Under the pieces are notes generated by a model, which was not told where the DNA came from, made no database searches, and saw nothing but the letters and a program-made list of their open reading frames with translations. A stretch of DNA of 64,000 nt. It comes from an uncultured Planctomycetales bacterium (lineage in GTDB: Bacteria; Planctomycetota; SBBH01). Where the stretch lies: the NCBI GenBank assembly GCA_964455625.1, contig CAYVXZ010000001.1, positions 8,150-72,149 on the forward strand. The letters run 5' to 3'. The translations under genes and the position numbers were made by a program. Positions 62,139-64,000 of the stretch are shown here, piece by piece. Position 1 is the first letter of the stretch. Every line of letters begins with the position of its first letter.

Positions 62139-62953
62139 CGGGAGGCCTCGCGGAACGGGCTTCCGGACTCCGGGTTTCGGGCCCCTGACTCCGGGCCCCG
62201 GGCGCCGGGATTCCGGAACGGATCCGGCTCCCCCAGATGCGCGTGGCTCTCCCGGAAGACCGTCGCCAGGATCGAGACGCACACCTTGAAGACGTAATAG
62301 ATCCGGTGGCCGATGCCGGCGTGCATGGAGCGGCCCGTGCGGCGGGGGTGCATCCGGACGGGGCGTTCCACGATCCTGAAGCGCGCCTTCTGGAGCGTGA
62401 TCATCATGTCGGTGTCCGGGTAGTCGTGCGGGAAGACATCCCGCGCGCAGAAGGCGACCGCCGCGCGGGCGAGACACTTGTACCCGGAGGTGGGGTCCGT
62501 GATGACGCGCCGCGTCAGGACCCGGTACACACCCCGGAAGAAAAGGATCCCGGCGCGCCGCAGGGGATCGATGGCGAAGGCGGGGTCCGCAAGGAACCGC
62601 GATCCGACACTGATGTCCGCGGCGCCTTCCGTCACCGCCGAGACCAGGACCGGAATATCCCGCGCGTCGTGCTGGCCGTCGGCGTCGATCGTGACGACCC
62701 AGTCGTATCCGTGCGCGAGGGCGAACTTGAATCCCGTCTGGAGCGCCGCCCCGTAGCCGAGCCAGAAGGGGTGCGTGAGGACGCGCGCCCCGGCCGCCGC
62801 CGCGGCCAGGCCTGTCCCGTCGGTCGACCCGTCGTCGACGACGACGACGTCAAGACCCGGAACGGCCGCGTCGATCCGGGCCAGGGTCTCCGGGATCGAC
62901 GACGCCTCGTTCCGGGCCGGGACCACCGCCACCCCCCGCCCTGGCGCGTTCAC
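62135..62953 (-). CDS. glycosyltransferase family 2 (polyprenyl-phosphate glycosyltransferase-like)
   Basis: GTG at 62953. 'VAVVPARNEASS', 'VVVDDGSTDGT', 'TIDADGQHD'. Confidence 0.75.
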   Translation of the reverse strand: MNAPGRGVAVVPARNEASSIPETLARIDAAVPGLDVVVVDDGSTDGTGLAAAAAGARVLTHPFWLGYGAALQTGFKFALAHGYDWVVTIDADGQHDARDIPVLVSAVTEGAADISVGSRFLADPAFAIDPLRRAGILFFRGVYRVLTRRVITDPTSGYKCLARAAVAFCARDVFPHDYPDTDMMITLQKARFRIVERPVRMHPRRTGRSMHAGIGHRIYYVFKVCVSILATVFRESHAHLGEPDPFRNPGARGPESGARNPESGSPFREASR

Positions 62954-62975
62954 CCCCCCAGTATACTCCTCACCG

Positions 62976-64000
62976 ATGACGGACCCCGACCGGACCTTTC
63001 CGGGGACCTGGCGGATCCCGGCAGGCGTCCTGCTTGCCCTGGGTCTCGCCCTGCGGATCCACACCCTCGACGCCGGTTTCTGGCACGACGAGCTCGTCAC
63101 CTTCTCGATGCATGCCCGGGTTCCCTTCAGCGCGATCCCCGTCCTGAACGTGGACGGCGGGGACCACATGCTGACGCATCTCCTGTACCACGTCTCCCGA
63201 TCGGTCTTCGGACCCCATGAATGGGCCGCCCGCCTTCCCGACCTGGCGGCCGGCATGCTTTTCCTGTTCCTGATCGGCCGTTTCGCCTGGCGGATTTCCG
63301 AAAACCGCCTTGTCGCCCTCGCGGCCCTGGCGATCGCGGCGACCTCTCCCGTCCACGTGCAGCATTCCCAGTTCGCCAGGGGTTACGGCCTCCAGGTCCT
63401 GCTGGCGCTGTGGCTCCTCTGGATCGTATGGAGATCCCTGGAGGAACCGTCGTGGCGGCGGGGCTGGGCCGAGGGTGCGGCCGGGATCCTCGCGTTCTGC
63501 GGGACCTACAACAATCTCACGTGGGCGCTCTATGTCGCGGGCCTTGCAGTCTCCGCGGGGGCTTTCGGTCTCGTCCCCGCGGGGGCAGGACCGCCTCTCC
63601 TGCGGACCCGCGCCCGCCGGATCTGCACGGCCCTGGGCACGGGAGGAGCCCTGGCATTCGCCGCCTCGCTGCCAGTCCTCGCGCAGACCGTGCAGACGGC
63701 AGCCGCGGTGCAGGGGGAGGCAGACCGCTGGGAACGGCTCGTTTCCACCTACAGCGACTTCGGGGAGGTCGCCATGATGGGATTTCCCCCCTGGGCCCTT
63801 GCCGCCCTCCTGCCGGCCCTGGTTTTCCTCCGGAGAGAGCGTCCCCGGCTTCTCGTCCTGCTGGCGGGCCCGGTCCTCGTGCCGCCTCTTGCCCTCGCGG
63901 CCCTGGGAATGGGCGGGTCGGGCCGTCATCTCCTGTTCCTCTATCCGCCCCTGGTCGTCCTCCTGGCGCGAAGCCTCTTCTGGCTGGCCTGCCGGGCGGC
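62976..64000 (+). CDS. polytopic membrane protein, probable GT-C glycosyltransferase (partial; runs off the window end)
   Basis: ATG at 62976. The frame stays open to position 64000. There are multiple hydrophobic helices. It is not in the track because no stop falls inside the window. Confidence 0.5.
   Translation, partial: MTDPDRTFPGTWRIPAGVLLALGLALRIHTLDAGFWHDELVTFSMHARVPFSAIPVLNVDGGDHMLTHLLYHVSRSVFGPHEWAARLPDLAAGMLFLFLIGRFAWRISENRLVALAALAIAATSPVHVQHSQFARGYGLQVLLALWLLWIVWRSLEEPSWRRGWAEGAAGILAFCGTYNNLTWALYVAGLAVSAGAFGLVPAGAGPPLLRTRARRICTALGTGGALAFAASLPVLAQTVQTAAAVQGEADRWERLVSTYSDFGEVAMMGFPPWALAALLPALVFLRRERPRLLVLLAGPVLVPPLALAALGMGGSGRHLLFLYPPLVVLLARSLFWLACRA

Overview
This is a 64 kb, high-GC (about 68-70%) bacterial chromosomal segment with two compositionally atypical, lower-GC stretches. 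All calls below rest on my own reading of the sequence and the ORF track; no database search was possible.

Overall layout:
- (1) 56-2455: a eukaryotic-type Ser/Thr protein kinase with TPR repeats, on the minus strand.
- (2) 2905-24044: a roughly 21 kb integrated element next to tRNA-Gly(UCC).
  - It is bounded by a perfect 44-bp direct repeat of the tRNA 5' portion (2934-2977 and 24001-24044) and by an internal 18-bp direct repeat near each end.
  - It carries a P4-type primase/helicase, an AlpA-like excisionase, a tyrosine integrase, a TetR-TolC-MFP-RND efflux operon, and a low-GC block of uncharacterised cargo.
  - That cargo block holds an XRE regulator, lipoproteins, a possible caspase/CHAT-like protein, a TcmP + three-Cys Gp37/Gp68 (DUF5131) pair, a Cys-rich protein with an internal duplication, and a RelE/ParE toxin-antitoxin pair.
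- (3) 24124-31172: a B12-binding radical-SAM gene, two methyltransferase genes and three glycosyltransferase genes (GT9, GT-C, GT4).
- (4) 31177-43062: a DUF4097 lipoprotein, a Rieske protein, a PfkB kinase, tRNA-Thr(GGU), a response regulator with a K/E/D-rich tail, an orphan 5S rRNA with its terminator, a STAS protein, pgsA, two M16 peptidases and mutL, whose 5' end is partially duplicated.
- (5) 42685-54743: a four-helix-bundle protein, nfo, a cNMP-binding protein, infB, two inserted genes (a HExxH lipoprotein and an 850-aa secreted protein), a long noncoding region, nusA, a D-2-hydroxyacid dehydrogenase, smpB and a second four-helix-bundle paralog with associated repeats.
- (6) 54971-64000: a second envelope-glycosylation cluster (Gfo/Idh/MocA oxidoreductase, GT2, ArnT-like GT-C, DegT aminotransferase, epimerase, GT4, DUF2304 + GT2, and a partial GT-C membrane protein).

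Many long ORFs in the track lie antisense to real genes. These are high-GC artefacts and were not called.
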